Shown here piece by piece: positions 49,553 through 61,720 of a DNA stretch of 64,000 nucleotides. The position numbers and the translations under genes were made by a program. The stretch covers positions 591,412 to 655,411 of the forward strand of contig RHPI01002402.1 in the NCBI GenBank assembly GCA_009103225.1, written 5' to 3'. Within the stretch, counting starts at the first letter, position 1; every line of letters starts with the position of its first letter. This DNA comes from Chlorokybus atmophyticus (Eukaryota; Plantae; Mesostigma and Chlorokybus algae). The notes beneath the pieces were generated by a model that saw nothing but the letters and a program-made list of their open reading frames with translations, was not told the DNA's origin and searched no databases.

Positions 49553-52500
49553 GTCTCTACGTGGATTGTGATTGGGACTCTGCGCGTGGAGATGACAACA
49601 ATAAGTATACACGAGGTGCTTACAAGAAAATGCATTACATAACACGCTGCATAACAAGCGTGCTACCATCAAGCTTGCACATCACTTGCGTATAATCATA
49701 GGCCAACATCACAAGCGTACTTTTTCACCAGAACGCGTACCAGCCTTCAGCCGCTCAGCTTGGTCAGGTACACATCATGTCACTCTTTCACACAGAAACC
49801 TTTTGCACAAGTCTTGAAAGCTGTTTGAAATGGTGTTCAGTATTAATATAGTGCGACATCCTTTGCAGCCTGGGAGGCAGGACCTGGTCCGGGCACGTAC
49901 ACACCGGGCCGAGCATATGACTCCCCCGCATACACAATAAGTGCCCGAACTCCACGTGCAGGTGACTCGCAGGATATGCAGCTATACGCACAATGAGGCT
50001 CGATACAAGCAGTGAAATGATGATGTCTTAGCCACATCATTGCGCTGCTGGTGTCGGGCCTGTTATTCGGGTTTGATATGCTGAAAGGTGTGTAATGCTT
50101 CAGGCGAGACGCATGAATGTCCGACTACCCCTGGCCCAGGCCAGTACAGCACTACACACAAGAACAACGCCCCCGCTTACAGCTTCGGTGCGCGTACCCC
50201 TCGGGCTGAAGGCGTACGTGGTGCGTGCTTGAGTGTTGTTCACCTGTCACACTCAACACTTCACCCAATGGTGGTTGTTCATGTTGACGGTGAAAATATG
50301 TGAAAGTTTGTTCTGTTAGGTGAGTTTTCATCACCAGGGCCTGCGCACTACCAAGATGGCAGCTCCGCACGAGGCCCTGCATTCTCATTTGGGGCACGCG
50401 CGCGTGGCGAGTCCCCCTCTCGGCCAGGTACGTGTTGCATTTAGAGTGGAATCGTACAATAAACATGCATGCGCTTACACATGCTTCCCCGCTTCCAGCT
50501 CCTACAACACCTGGCCCTGGAAACTACTCATTGCCCAGCTGGCGGGATGGCCCCGCGTATTCTATTGGCGCACGCACCCACACAGCTTCTGCTAGACAGA
50601 GTAAGAACTTGAGATGGCAACACATTTTCATGCGATTGCTCAAATACTACGTCTGTCTGTGGTAAACAGTGTCACGATTCTGAGGACTGCTTTGTGATGT
50701 ATACCGAACCATACTTGGTGGTCATGCGCAGGAAGCACGTCGCCAGGGCCTGGTGCATACACGCCGCGGTCGCGCATTGGCGAGGGCTCACCCGCGTTCT
50801 CCATAGGGGCGAGGATGGCACATGGCGAGTCACCACGACGCGCACGAGGTGCGTTTGTAAAAGCAGTACAGTCCAGTGAATAATGTTATTGCTACTGCTT
50901 CAATAGACAGTTCTCCGTTACAGACATCTCACCCGGCCCGGGGTACTACTACAGTTCTGACCACAACCGCAGCGGTCCTGCGTGGTCCTTTGGTGCTCGC
51001 CCAAATACCGCAGGTGGGTTGCGCGTGCGTGCGTGCGTGCATCCAATATAGCAACAGGTGTGTTGTTGTGGAAACGATTCATGAGCATTGCATGAGCAGA
51101 TGACATAGGGGAGCGTGCAAACACACCCGGTCCAGGCCTTTACTCTCCACGCGTGCTGAGTTCCAGCGTGTCTTACACCATGTCTCCACGCACACCTCGT
51201 GCAGGTACCCAGTGTTAACATGTTGGGGACAACAAACAGGCCATGGTTGTGATGACGAATACAAATGGTGTAACTGTTGATTGCAGGTGAGACCGAAAAA
51301 GGCAGAGGAACTCCCGGGCCCGGGCACTACTCCTTGAGAGGCTCCCTGGGCGGCCCGGCGTACTCTCTTGGCAGCTTGTCCTGTAAAAGTGAAGGTGTGC
51401 GCGTTGATCCAACAGTATACCATCAGCATAAGGTGCGTAAGCATGGCGTATCAACAATTGATTGGCAGGGTTTCCCAAAGCACATGATACTCCCGGCCCG
51501 GGCGCCTACACACCCCGGAGTACTTTTGACGCCCCCGCGTTCTCATTTGGCGCTCGGGCTGAGTCCCCCCGCCGCCCAGGTCAGAATGCTGCAGCCACGA
51601 TGCATGCGCGCGTGCGTGCCATGCTACATGCATTGTTGTTACTACACGAATTAATGTAATATGTGCTAGCTTGAATTATCCTTCTCATTGCATGGTTGCA
51701 GGTTCTGCCAGAAGTGATGTGCCAGGTCCCGGCTCATACTCCTACTGTAGCACTTCAGGATCTTCAGGATCTCCGGCATTTTCATTCGGTACACGCGAAG
51801 CTCCGCGTGAAAGGGGTGAGTCAACTCTACACACCCATCACGATCTACCGTTTTGGGAAAAAGCTTGGTAACTGACTCAACTGTATACACATTCAGGGCG
51901 AGACTTGAGTCCAGGGCCTGGGGCTTATGCAGTTGGTAGCAAGGGCAACGCACCGGCATACACAATGGGCTCTAGACTAGCAGCATCAGACTTCATGAGG
52001 GACTCTGATGCTGCACCAGGGCCAGGCGCCTACTCGGTCTCTGCTGGTCGCAATGCTCCCGCGTATTCTATGGGGACGCGTGTGGCCAATCGCAAGGAGG
52101 ACGCGTTGACACCTGGACCCGGCGCCTACACGTTTGCGCATCAAGGCAACGCTCCCGCCTTCTCCATGGGTTCAAGGATTGGCGCTTCATCACACAAGTG
52201 GGATGTGTTGACTCCCGGCCCGGGTGCATACGTGGTGAGCAGTCGGCAAGCTGCCCCCGCCTTTTCAATGGGTTCGCGGTTAACCGAGCAGAGAGGCAGG
52301 GGAGATGTTGTTCCGGGCCCCGGTTCGTACTCGGTTGGCGCCCAACGCAACGCACCATCGTATACCATGGCTCCAAGGTTGGGCAATGAGAAAGAGAGAG
52401 CGGGAGCGCCAGGTCCAGGGGCGTACTCGGTTGGCAGTCAGGGCAACGCGCCGGCGTTCACCATGGGTCCGCGGTTTACTGACCGCAAGGAGAGCCAGCT

Positions 52501-53938
52501 GGCACCGGGCCCTGGTGCCTACTCTGTTAGCAATCAGCGGAGCGCACCGTCCTTCTCAATGGGCTCGCGCGTCGCTACACGAAGCCAAGGGGATGAGCGT
52601 GCACCAGGTCCTGGTGCATACACAGTAGCCAGTCAGCGCAGCGCTCCAGCTTACTCTATGGGTCCGCGTGTGACCGATTATAAGGAGAGCAACATCGCAC
52701 CAGGCCCCGGTGCGTATTCGGTTAGCAATCAGCGGAGCGCACCGTCCTTCTCAATGGGCTCACGCGTTGCTGCGCGAAGCCAAGGGGATGGACTTGCACC
52801 CGGGCCTGGGGCATACACAGCGGCTACTCCACGTAGCGCGCCAGCACATACCATGGGTCCACGCGTGACTGATCGCAAGGATAATGATCTGGCACCAGGG
52901 CCCGGCGCCTACTCGGTTAGCAAACAGCAAAGCGCACCGTCCTTCTCAATGGGATCGCGCGTGGCTACAAGATCCCAAGGGGATGCGCTTGCACCCGGGC
53001 CTGGTGCATACACAGTGGCCAATCAGCGTAGTGCTCCAGCATACTCCATGGGTCCACGCGTAACTGATCGCAAGGATAGTGATCTGGCACCAGGGCCCGG
53101 CGCCTACTCGGTTAGCAAACAGCAAAGCGCATCATCCTTCTCAATCGGTGCGCGAACTAGTGCCAACAGGGAGACAGAGCATGCGCCCGGCCCTGGGGCT
53201 TACTCGGTTAACCGCGAGGGTAGTGCGCCTGCTTTCACCATGGGACCACGACTGAGCAGCAGCAAAGAGACATCGCAAGCTCCCGGGCCTGGTACCTATT
53301 CGGTTGGTGACCAGCGCAATGCACCAGCTTACTCCATGGGTACGAAAGGCACCAATGCAAAGGAGACTGCAGAGCAGAAGCCCGGGAGGACCCCAGCACC
53401 CGGCATGTACACAACAAACACACGCAGTGATGCTCCAGCGTACACCATGGGACCTCGCTTGAGCGGCCCGCAAGAGTCTGCTCCAGCCCCAGGACCCGGA
53501 GCATACACTGCAACCACCCCTCATGATGCTCCCTCCTACTCCATGGGCGCGAAGCCGGGGGCCCACATGGAGTCGGACTCATCAGCTCCCGGGCCCGGAA
53601 CATACTCGGTGTTGACAGCAAGGAACTCGCCGTCATACACGATGGCCGCACGTGTGTCGAGCAGTGTTGGTGCCAGCGATGGCGGGGCCACACTCGGCCC
53701 TGGCGCGAACTCAGTCAAGCATGGCACAGATGCGCCGGCTGTGTCGATGGGCGCGAGGCACTTGACCGGAAACAAGGAGAATACTGCTTCTAGTACTCCC
53801 GGCCATTACTCGGTGCAAGTTGCGGTCAATCAGTCGTACACGATGCACAGTCGAGGGGCATCCGACAGCAAGTCAGGTATGGCAGGCATTGTTTGGGACC
53901 CACGCGCATGCTCTGCATGTCATGAGGACATTAATTGA
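49553..53938 (+). CDS. SHIPPO-repeat (PGPGxY) axonemal protein, ODF3/STPG/CIMAP-like, ~30 repeats; ends approximate
   Basis: Ten short exons between ~49868 and ~51835 each carry one PGPG.Y...PA[FY][ST][FIM]G.R unit. A ~2-kb exon from ~51896 carries ~20 units. Small upstream exons lie at ~49553 and ~49731. Confidence 0.88.
52440..53150 (+). repeat. Coding tandem repeat, 195-bp (65-aa, two-SHIPPO-unit) period, ~3.5 copies
   Basis: AGCGCACCGTCCTTCTCAATGGG recurs at 52541, 52736, 52931, with a variant at 53126. Confidence 0.9.
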
Positions 53939-54918
53939 CACGTGCCCCTTTACTCAGAAGCACTAGGTGAGAGCAAACCTTAGGCAACAGTCTGACAATG
54001 TGGACCCACCCAAGTAAACCAACATAGACAACGATGAGTAGTTATCAGCTATAACAACATTATGGTGTATCCTTCCTAGTATCCTTCCTAGTCATATGCT
54101 TAATGGTGCTGTGCACCGTGTACAGCAGCAATCTGAATGCTGCCATGTAATTTGGATGCCCCATGCAAACTTGGGAGCGCCACCGTGACATGCATAGCTC
54201 AAGACGTGTCCGCGTTGGCAAGAAGCTGCTCCGAGGCACTTCAATGCAAGTTGTGCGCCTGTTTGACGCCTGGACAATGCGCCGCCTGAACAACTGGCCT
54301 TATGATCTCCTACCTGCAGTGTTCCTTCCTCAATATGGTAAGGAAGGCATCACTGTGCGAACAGCTTTCAATTTTTACGAGCATAGCCACTTACAGCATT
54401 GCCTTGTAATTGTATGCATGGCATCAGTTGCCTTACACAGAACATATGCAATGCTGTGCATGCTACCAGACACTAGTTACTGTGCAAGGCATCCGTCACT
54501 TGGGCAGCGTGTTGTGCAACACCAAGCAAAGCTTCTGCGTCTTCCCAATTGCATGACTGTCAAGGAGGGACCCCTCAGCCAAGTCCCTCCCCAAGTTGAC
54601 AGCAATGCCTGGCATGGTGCAATGCCCTGCATGCCAACATCACTTGTGCGTTAGCAGTTAAACACATGACAAAACCAGAACTTGACCACCACGCTTTTTA
54701 TTACAGTGGCAACCACGACTGTGGCAGTTGCCCATCAATGTCTGTGGCATCTGTGGCCTGTACAAGACACAGCTGCTGTGCACACAACAAGTTCTATACA
54801 CAAGTGGTTGCTGCTGCAGCCTAGCCACACTTTGGTCGTAGCCAGTTCTTTGTCTGTTATACACAACATTACATGCATTTACAGAAGCGCGCTACAAGCG
54901 TGCCTGTACAGCAGTCGA

Positions 54919-56930
54919 TCACTGCTTCTTCAAGAAGGAGATCTGGGAGAATAACATGAACAGTATCACCGAGAACAGTGCCAACTTGCGCATGTCAGGT
55001 GAAGAGCCTTCCACTAAAGCTGCCAGTACAAACACACCGAATAAGCATGAGAAATTAACAGCTGACCAGCAGCATGTTATCATTACGTTTACCTGCGGAA
55101 GCAGTCCATAGGAAGAAGACCACAGCAGTGGCCAGGCAGCCATAAAGCACTTGCGATGCTGAGGACAAGACCTCACGCTTCACGGCTTTGCGGGTTTCAG
55201 TATGTGCCTGTTAAAGTATTGGCTCCATCCCTCATGCTTGTGCACAAGCCACTACTGGCCACCGCACATTTTTTGCAAGTCTCAGTCACTGACCAGCGTT
55301 GTTGGAAACACCACATACCTTGTTGTTGAGAGAGTCTGCAATAAACTTCTTCTTTTTCAAACGCTCCCGTTCAGATGGGTACAAACTTTTGAAGTACAGA
55401 CCCTCGCTCCTCCGCTGGGACAAACGCTCTTGAAACTCCTCAGACTCAGCATTCCACAACTGCCAGCCCATCCACAGATCAGACCTCGTGGCGTTTATGT
55501 GCGCGCGTGCATGCTCGAGCGCATGTACCAATGCCCAACACCTACCGCCATTTCAGCTCTGCTCTCTCTGATGCGCCGCTCAATCTCTGATTCCTTGTTT
55601 ATGTAGGCCAACAGCTGCAAAGCCCATAGCGCATGTTGGCAAGCGCAACCAACTGTATGTAGCCTTAGACATCTGGAACTCCTCCTAGATCATGGCAAAT
55701 CAGGCAACAACGCTTACCGCTGAAGAATACTTCTCAATGTCATGTCGTGTGCGCCGTGCAATCTGTTCATACTCCTCATCTGTCTGTGCCACCAAGCGCT
55801 TGAGCAAGGCTGCCTTCTCATCGAACAGTTCACCCACGCGCACCTGTAACAGGAATCACTGGGTAAACACGCTACAGTTCTGCACGAAGGTGATCAAGAC
55901 TTACACACAGATTAACACTGCCATGACATCGTACAACCACCACTATGCACAGAACAGGCCCGTACAAAGGTATGCTGGGTGCTTGACTGCGATGTGATAC
56001 CATTGCTGCTTAGCATTCTGTTTTACATGCAATAGAACTTGTCTTGTCAGGTCCTGGAAGCAGGACCTGACAAGACAAGTTGTGTGTACTGCAAAAGCTC
56101 ACTTGTTACATTTGCTGCCAACGATTGTGCAAATTTTGGCAAATAGAACCTGCTACTACGAGCACTACTAATCTCATCATGCAATGGCAGCTGGAAAGCT
56201 TGGGTCACACATAATGCGGCGGAGTTCTGGTTTCATTCAAGATGTCAAGCATTAGCTAACTATGTTGACTTGGAAAGGCATGCGCACAGCAATAAAGGCA
56301 AGTACGTGTACGACGCATTGTGCATAGCGATATTGATTTAGCACACGCCAATGCTCACAAAGACAAGGTGCTCGATGCTACTGAGAAAACAAACGCCAAT
56401 TCAACGCAACAAGCAAGAACTGTCCACAGAGGCAACTGCAGCAGGAAGCAGACACGACAACTGCAGTGCATGGAATTAAGAGAAACTGGGAGAGAAAACA
56501 GCTGTACTTTCTTCTCCTTCTTTCTGTACTTAACAGTCATTAACAACAAAGTCACCAACCTTTTGGGTCTCCAACCGCAGGGCGTTGACAAGAACATCCT
56601 GCAGGTCCGTGTTGCCGCCCATGCTGCCCTCAGGCTGACCACGGCTGCTGACGTCGCATCTGAAGCAAGCAAACAGTGGCGCCTTTAGCAAAAGCTTGCA
56701 AGAATTGGCCACAACAACAGCACAGCAGCCAATTGACAAACCTTGACGGTGTGTACAAGAAGTTGTCCTGCTGCTCACCTCACAGCGGCGCGGCGAGAAG
56801 CCTGAGGCACGCAGCGTTGGTGGCGGTTCTGCAGCCAGCAGGGAACACGGCGATGTGCGCTGGCTGCACAACCAGCTGCAGCGCTGCGGGTGGTACGCGT
56901 GGCCACGCCGGCGTTCGCCACCGCCGCCAT
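54919..56930 (-). CDS. Plastid-targeted coiled-coil protein with two C-terminal TM helices (uncharacterised green-lineage type)
   Basis: Transit-like exon 1 MAAVANAGVATRTTRSAAAG...SRRAAV. In-phase exons give DLQDVLVNALRLETQK|VRVGELFDEKAALLK...|LLAYINKESEIERR...|...RSEGLYFKSLY...|...VLYGCLATAVVFFLW|...LALFSVILFMLFSQISFLKKQ*. Confidence 0.7.
56036..56081. repeat. Perfect 21-bp inverted repeat with 4-nt loop (intronic hairpin)
   Basis: AACTTGTCTTGTCAGGTCCTG-gaag-CAGGACCTGACAAGACAAGTT, all 21 pairs Watson-Crick. Confidence 0.95.
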
Positions 56931-58171
56931 GGCTCAAACAACTGAATTATGCTTGCAAAGCAAGTCCACAAGCCTCCTCCTGCAACACCTCAATCAAACC
57001 CTCGGCTCTGGTGCCACTCCGCCTCCTGACACCTCAATTGCCCTCCACAAGATCCAACGGCCGACAAGAGCGGCAGTTCGGCGCGTTTGGGCTTCTCTGC
57101 CCTCGCCTGCAACGCTTTCAAGCTCCCCTGCAGCTTTACCTCTCGGTGTTCCGCCTCGCCGCCACCGCCGCCGCCGCCTCAGGCAAAGCACCGCTGATGG
57201 GCCACGCTGGCAAGCCTCAGTGCCCCAATTGCTTGCAGCAAGTCGCCTTGCTTGCCCCCTTGCCTTGCGGGGTTTTCCTCTCTATGCTGAGGTGGACTTG
57301 CGCCAAACGGTTTGCGTCAGTCCGGTCAGGAGCAGTGCGCCTGGTGAGTCACCACTGTTGACGGTGTCCGTCGACATTTCCAGCACCGGCTGCTTGCGGC
57401 TGTTACCGGCGGCGCTATCGCAACGCACGCCGCGATCACTGCGATTGGCCGGTTTGCTGACCGTGTGGCAACTTGTCGCCGTCGCTCATTTGTCGGCGAA
57501 ATGTGGCATGACGGTGCCTGTGTCATCAGAATCGACGGTGCACAGCCAAGAGCTTGGCCAGATTGTATCACAAGGCGACACCTAAGGCAGCCCATCGCCA
57601 ACCAACGAGGGCGAGTGCGCTTTGAATCACTTTGAACCGAAGATCTTTTAAAGAAGGGCACAAAGGTTTTGAGCTTGCAGAGGATGGCGACCTTCAGAGG
57701 TTGGTGGGACAGTTGCGACGCTTGGGTGCGAAAAAGCTGAGCAGGCTGGGCATGAGCGTCAACAACATTCCAAATTTTGGGGAGTGTCATTTTGGGGAGC
57801 GTCAGGTTGTTCCTGCATCCAGCGCGGGAAAAGCCGTTGCTGCGAAACATTGATTGCTGCTCGCAGCAGATCTTCACGTGCTGCCACGTGCACAGGACAC
57901 CGTCATCAGCCCGTCACTGATGAACATATTGTGTCACGCAAGTTGTGACGCAACCTTGTAAACTTGCTGAATCTCTATCGATTTTCCCGCAATGCACTGC
58001 ATCAAATTGAATACTTTCAACGCAATCACAAGCAGCTTGGTTTGCTCAGCATTGAGTAAACCAAGCCGAATGTAACACATATGTCTGACATGCACATACT
58101 CATATACAAGCAATACACATCAGTACTCATTACAATTAATAAGTACTAAGCATGTTGTATTGAAGTAACTA

Positions 58172-58515
58172 CCGTATTTACCCGTTCACAGTGCCCCCCT
58201 TCCAACATAATGCCCCTCTAAAATCTGTAGGGGGGTACTTGTATTTGGGGGGGGCACTCTATGCGAAGGGGGCATTGTATTGGATGATGATTATGCTGAC
58301 TAACCGTATTAGACAGAATGTAACATAATTAACACGAAAAAATAAGTAACAGGATCGTAACACAAATGTAACTTATCGTATTTTATGCATAACCCTATAG
58401 TAGGGGGGCATTGTATACGAGAAGGGGGCATAATATAGCCTACCAGTGTGTCCCCCATTAAATCTTCCAAGGGGGTAATTGTAATGGGGGGGGTAAATTA
58501 GAAGGGTAAATTAGG
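58172..58515. mobile_element. Degenerate Tc2/pogo-type MITE related to 8269-8442
   Basis: TA|CCGTATTTACCCG has its first 13 nt identical to the 8269 element. The candidate right end is GGGTAAATTAGG|TA (2 mismatches to the expected TIR). The interior has G/C runs as in the first MITE. Confidence 0.55.
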
Positions 58516-59015
58516 TAAGTGTTTTCTATCATCATTTGTCGTGGTGATCATTGTCATAATAAAGATGTAATCCTCTTATCGCTGTACACTGTGCGTAGGT
58601 ATACAACATATATGATGCAGGGATTATATGTATCCTTTATATTCACGTGATATGCACGCAGCTGAGATCGCTGTTGTATAACAATCGTTGCTAATGGAAT
58701 CATGTGGTAAGGTTATGTGTTACGAACAGTGCCGTATTGTTGTTTGATCATAATCCAAGCATTATGCATGTGCAATACTTTACCCAACCTTCAACTCAAT
58801 GTGGTGTGTCCGTAATAACATGGCTCATCACACATCAGCAACCCAAGTTACGATGCATGTAGTAGCATGTGATAGACACCTAGTACGTGCAAGGCGCATT
58901 CATTCTGTAGTGCATGCAACTTACAGCAGTAATTTTACTCAGAGGCGTTGCATAGCACAGACATGCAGTACTCCAGACTTGTCCCCTGTTGCTTGACATG
59001 CCTTGCACGCTTGCG

Positions 59016-60654
59016 CTATTGCAGTGCAACAAAACCTGCAAGCACTGCTGCAGTTGGCACCGAGATATTGTCGTCAACAACATCATTAACTGGAAGAACC
59101 TCGGCTATAGTTGCCACAATGGCTGTCTCTAGGAGTCCAACAATTGTTGCGCTGTTGCTGGGAAAGTACCCCAAGCTAGTGTACAAGTGGACAAACCTGC
59201 GCGCACAGAGAGGACTCAGCTGCTAGCCCATGTAGCATCAGCAGAAATCAGATATCGACAACGGTTTGTAATCTGCTGGATGTCATCGCAGCATCAGGCC
59301 TTACCCCCAAGCCATAAGCAAGCCACCTAACAGCATGGCGAGGCTGCCTGCGTAGCTCTTGGTTTTGCTGAATGGCAACTTGACAGATCCAAATCTGCGT
59401 CCTACAATATCTGCTAATCCTGCACCACAAGGTGGTCAGAACTGCACGAAGCAAGCAGAGGAGGGGATATCACAGCGTCATATACATACCATCTCCACCA
59501 CACATCATGGACAGCGCCGTTACACCAATAGGTGACCCTCGCCAAAAAATCATAGTTGCGGATGCTAGAACTATGCAGTAATATAATGGGCCTCGAAGTA
59601 GTTCCCTGCGAGGAATATGCAATGAATACATGAAAGGCCAATGACCCGCAACGCGCTAAACCTTTTAGCAAGACACTTCTGGCAAGTGCAATCTGCTGCC
59701 AACGAAAGCACCTGCGATCACCTTCGCGGGTGACTGCAGCAATCAAGTCGGGATTGTCCACCCAGCCGAGGCCTACTGACGCCAACCTAAGTGCATTTGC
59801 TGCAGGCACCAGTGCTGCCAAGCACCGAGCATATGGCTCCTCGCTGCAAGCAATGCACAGACCATGCGCGTGAATGGCAGACGCTACAGCTGCTATGCAC
59901 TTCAACGAGCACACATTGATGTACAGACTCGCATGGTCGCTTAGTGCATGTGTGCGCATGCATCCATGTGAGCCACAAAAGAAGCACTGTCGGTCGGCAA
60001 TGCTAACACAAACTCACCTGAAGAATGGCCAGCAGAGCATCAGCAGCGGGCCTGAGGTAATGTGCACCAGTTTCCGGCTGAGTTTCTGACCGCACACGCA
60101 TTTGTGTGAGCCACTCAGCACGCATTGCGCAAGTGTGATGTACCGACAAGTGTGCAAAACAAGCGCCACATCTCACGCGAAACGAGGTATGGTCACGTTA
60201 ATAATACAAAAGATTAAAATTGGTGAGGTGTTTGGCTTTCAAAGAGGGAGGGGGGGTGAGGGTGGGGGGCATCCTGCATGTGCATGCAGTGGTGGGTATG
60301 TGGAATTGCTATGAATTCCCTTACCTGATCAAGCACCTTCCTCCGTGCTAGCGCGTCAAATATCTTGACCCAAAGCAGGGCGCCTACAGCCACCGAAACG
60401 GTGGCAGCAGTGTCCCGCAGCACGGGTGGTACAGCTGCTGCCGCCTGCAAGATATCCGCAGTACCCAGCGCAGCATGTACAGCGCCTGCTGAAGCCCGGT
60501 TCCCCCTTGGCAACATCCGTAAGCATGGAACCTTCTTCTGCGACAGCAACGACACTCCTTGTTGGAAGCACCTCCTTGGCGCAGCTGCTCTCGCAGGCGG
60601 AGGCAGTCCGCACACCGTTGGCACTGCCACCAGCTGCGCAGCGACGCCAACCAT
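59016..60654 (-). CDS. VTE5: Phytol kinase (VTE5/FOLK family), plastid-targeted
   Basis: Transit peptide, then KLSRKLVHITSGPLLMLCWPFF, TREGDR|RELLRGPLYY, WRGSPIGV..LSMMCGGDG|LADIVGRRFG...KSYAGS, DDNISVP. VTE5 versus farnesol kinase not strictly resolved. Confidence 0.9.
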
Positions 60655-61720
60655 TGCTAGTAGCCCACGTCCACCTCCAAAGCCAGCTTCGCGCTACACC
60701 ATGCTTGCACCCTTAACACCAAACCTCGACCACCACCGCCGCCGCCAACACCACCAACCACAGCTACAGGCTAAGCTATGGCTACACGTGCTTCGCGTTG
60801 AATGTCTGCCGCCCGGCTGTTTGTCGCACACTGTGACATTGCTGGCCAATAAGCACGCCCGGGCAACGGTGCGAGCCTCCACTTGCTGCAGCAACAAACC
60901 AACATACAGCAACTTGTTGGGCGGTGGAGGGTGCGTGGGCGGCGGCGTGTGGCGCTTGTGCTGTCGGCGTAGTTTAGTGATGACGGTGTCGTGGTGACAG
61001 TTGCGTGCTGGTGACGGTTTGTTGTGTTGTAGTAGTGATGCTTTGTACGTGTTATGGAGCAGTTGTAGCAGTGAGGAGCAGTGGGTGCGAGCGGGCGGAG
61101 CAACAAAGCGGCGTCATGTGCAGTCATTGCAGATGACGCTCCCTGCTGATGTGAGCCAATTGGAGTGGAGCGGTGAACCAGCAATAGGATAGAAGCACAC
61201 CCAACATGTAAGAAACACTGCTGATCCAGCAAAATTGGCGCTGTTAAGCACACACACAACTGCTGCGACCATTGCCCCATCCTCACCTCCACCCCATCGC
61301 TACCAACACATAATACAAACCACACAAGCGACAGCGGTGATGGGATGCAAAAACAGGCACACTACAAACAGGCCAAAAACTAGCAGCAACCTATCTTTGA
61401 AGGTGTGCTAGCACAGGTGCACGAAGCTGTGCTAGCACAGGTGCAGGCACATTCACGACACCTTGACATGTCAGTACGTAACACATGCATACACCGCGTG
61501 CAACGACATAGTCAACAAGCAGCAGATAACTCTGGCGCTGTGCATGCTTCACACCGACCAATGTGGCACTCATTGTGGTGATTGATGTGACATGGTGGGG
61601 GTGAGGCAGGACCCACCCAGTTCGCCAAAAAAGCATGTGTGAGTGGGCTGTGCGGGGCTATGTTGAGTATATATGGGTTCCAAAGGCATGGAGCCTAACT
61701 TTGCACTGATATTGGCTACT

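Noticed and set aside
56890-57877. Overlapping 168-231 aa ORFs on both strands upstream of the plastid gene
   Set aside because: No recognisable domain. Consistent with GC-rich promoter/UTR open frames.
61404-61445. Twice-repeated 12-bp palindrome TGTGCTAGCACA in the VTE5 upstream region
   Set aside because: Explained by one 24-bp tandem duplication. No further support for function.
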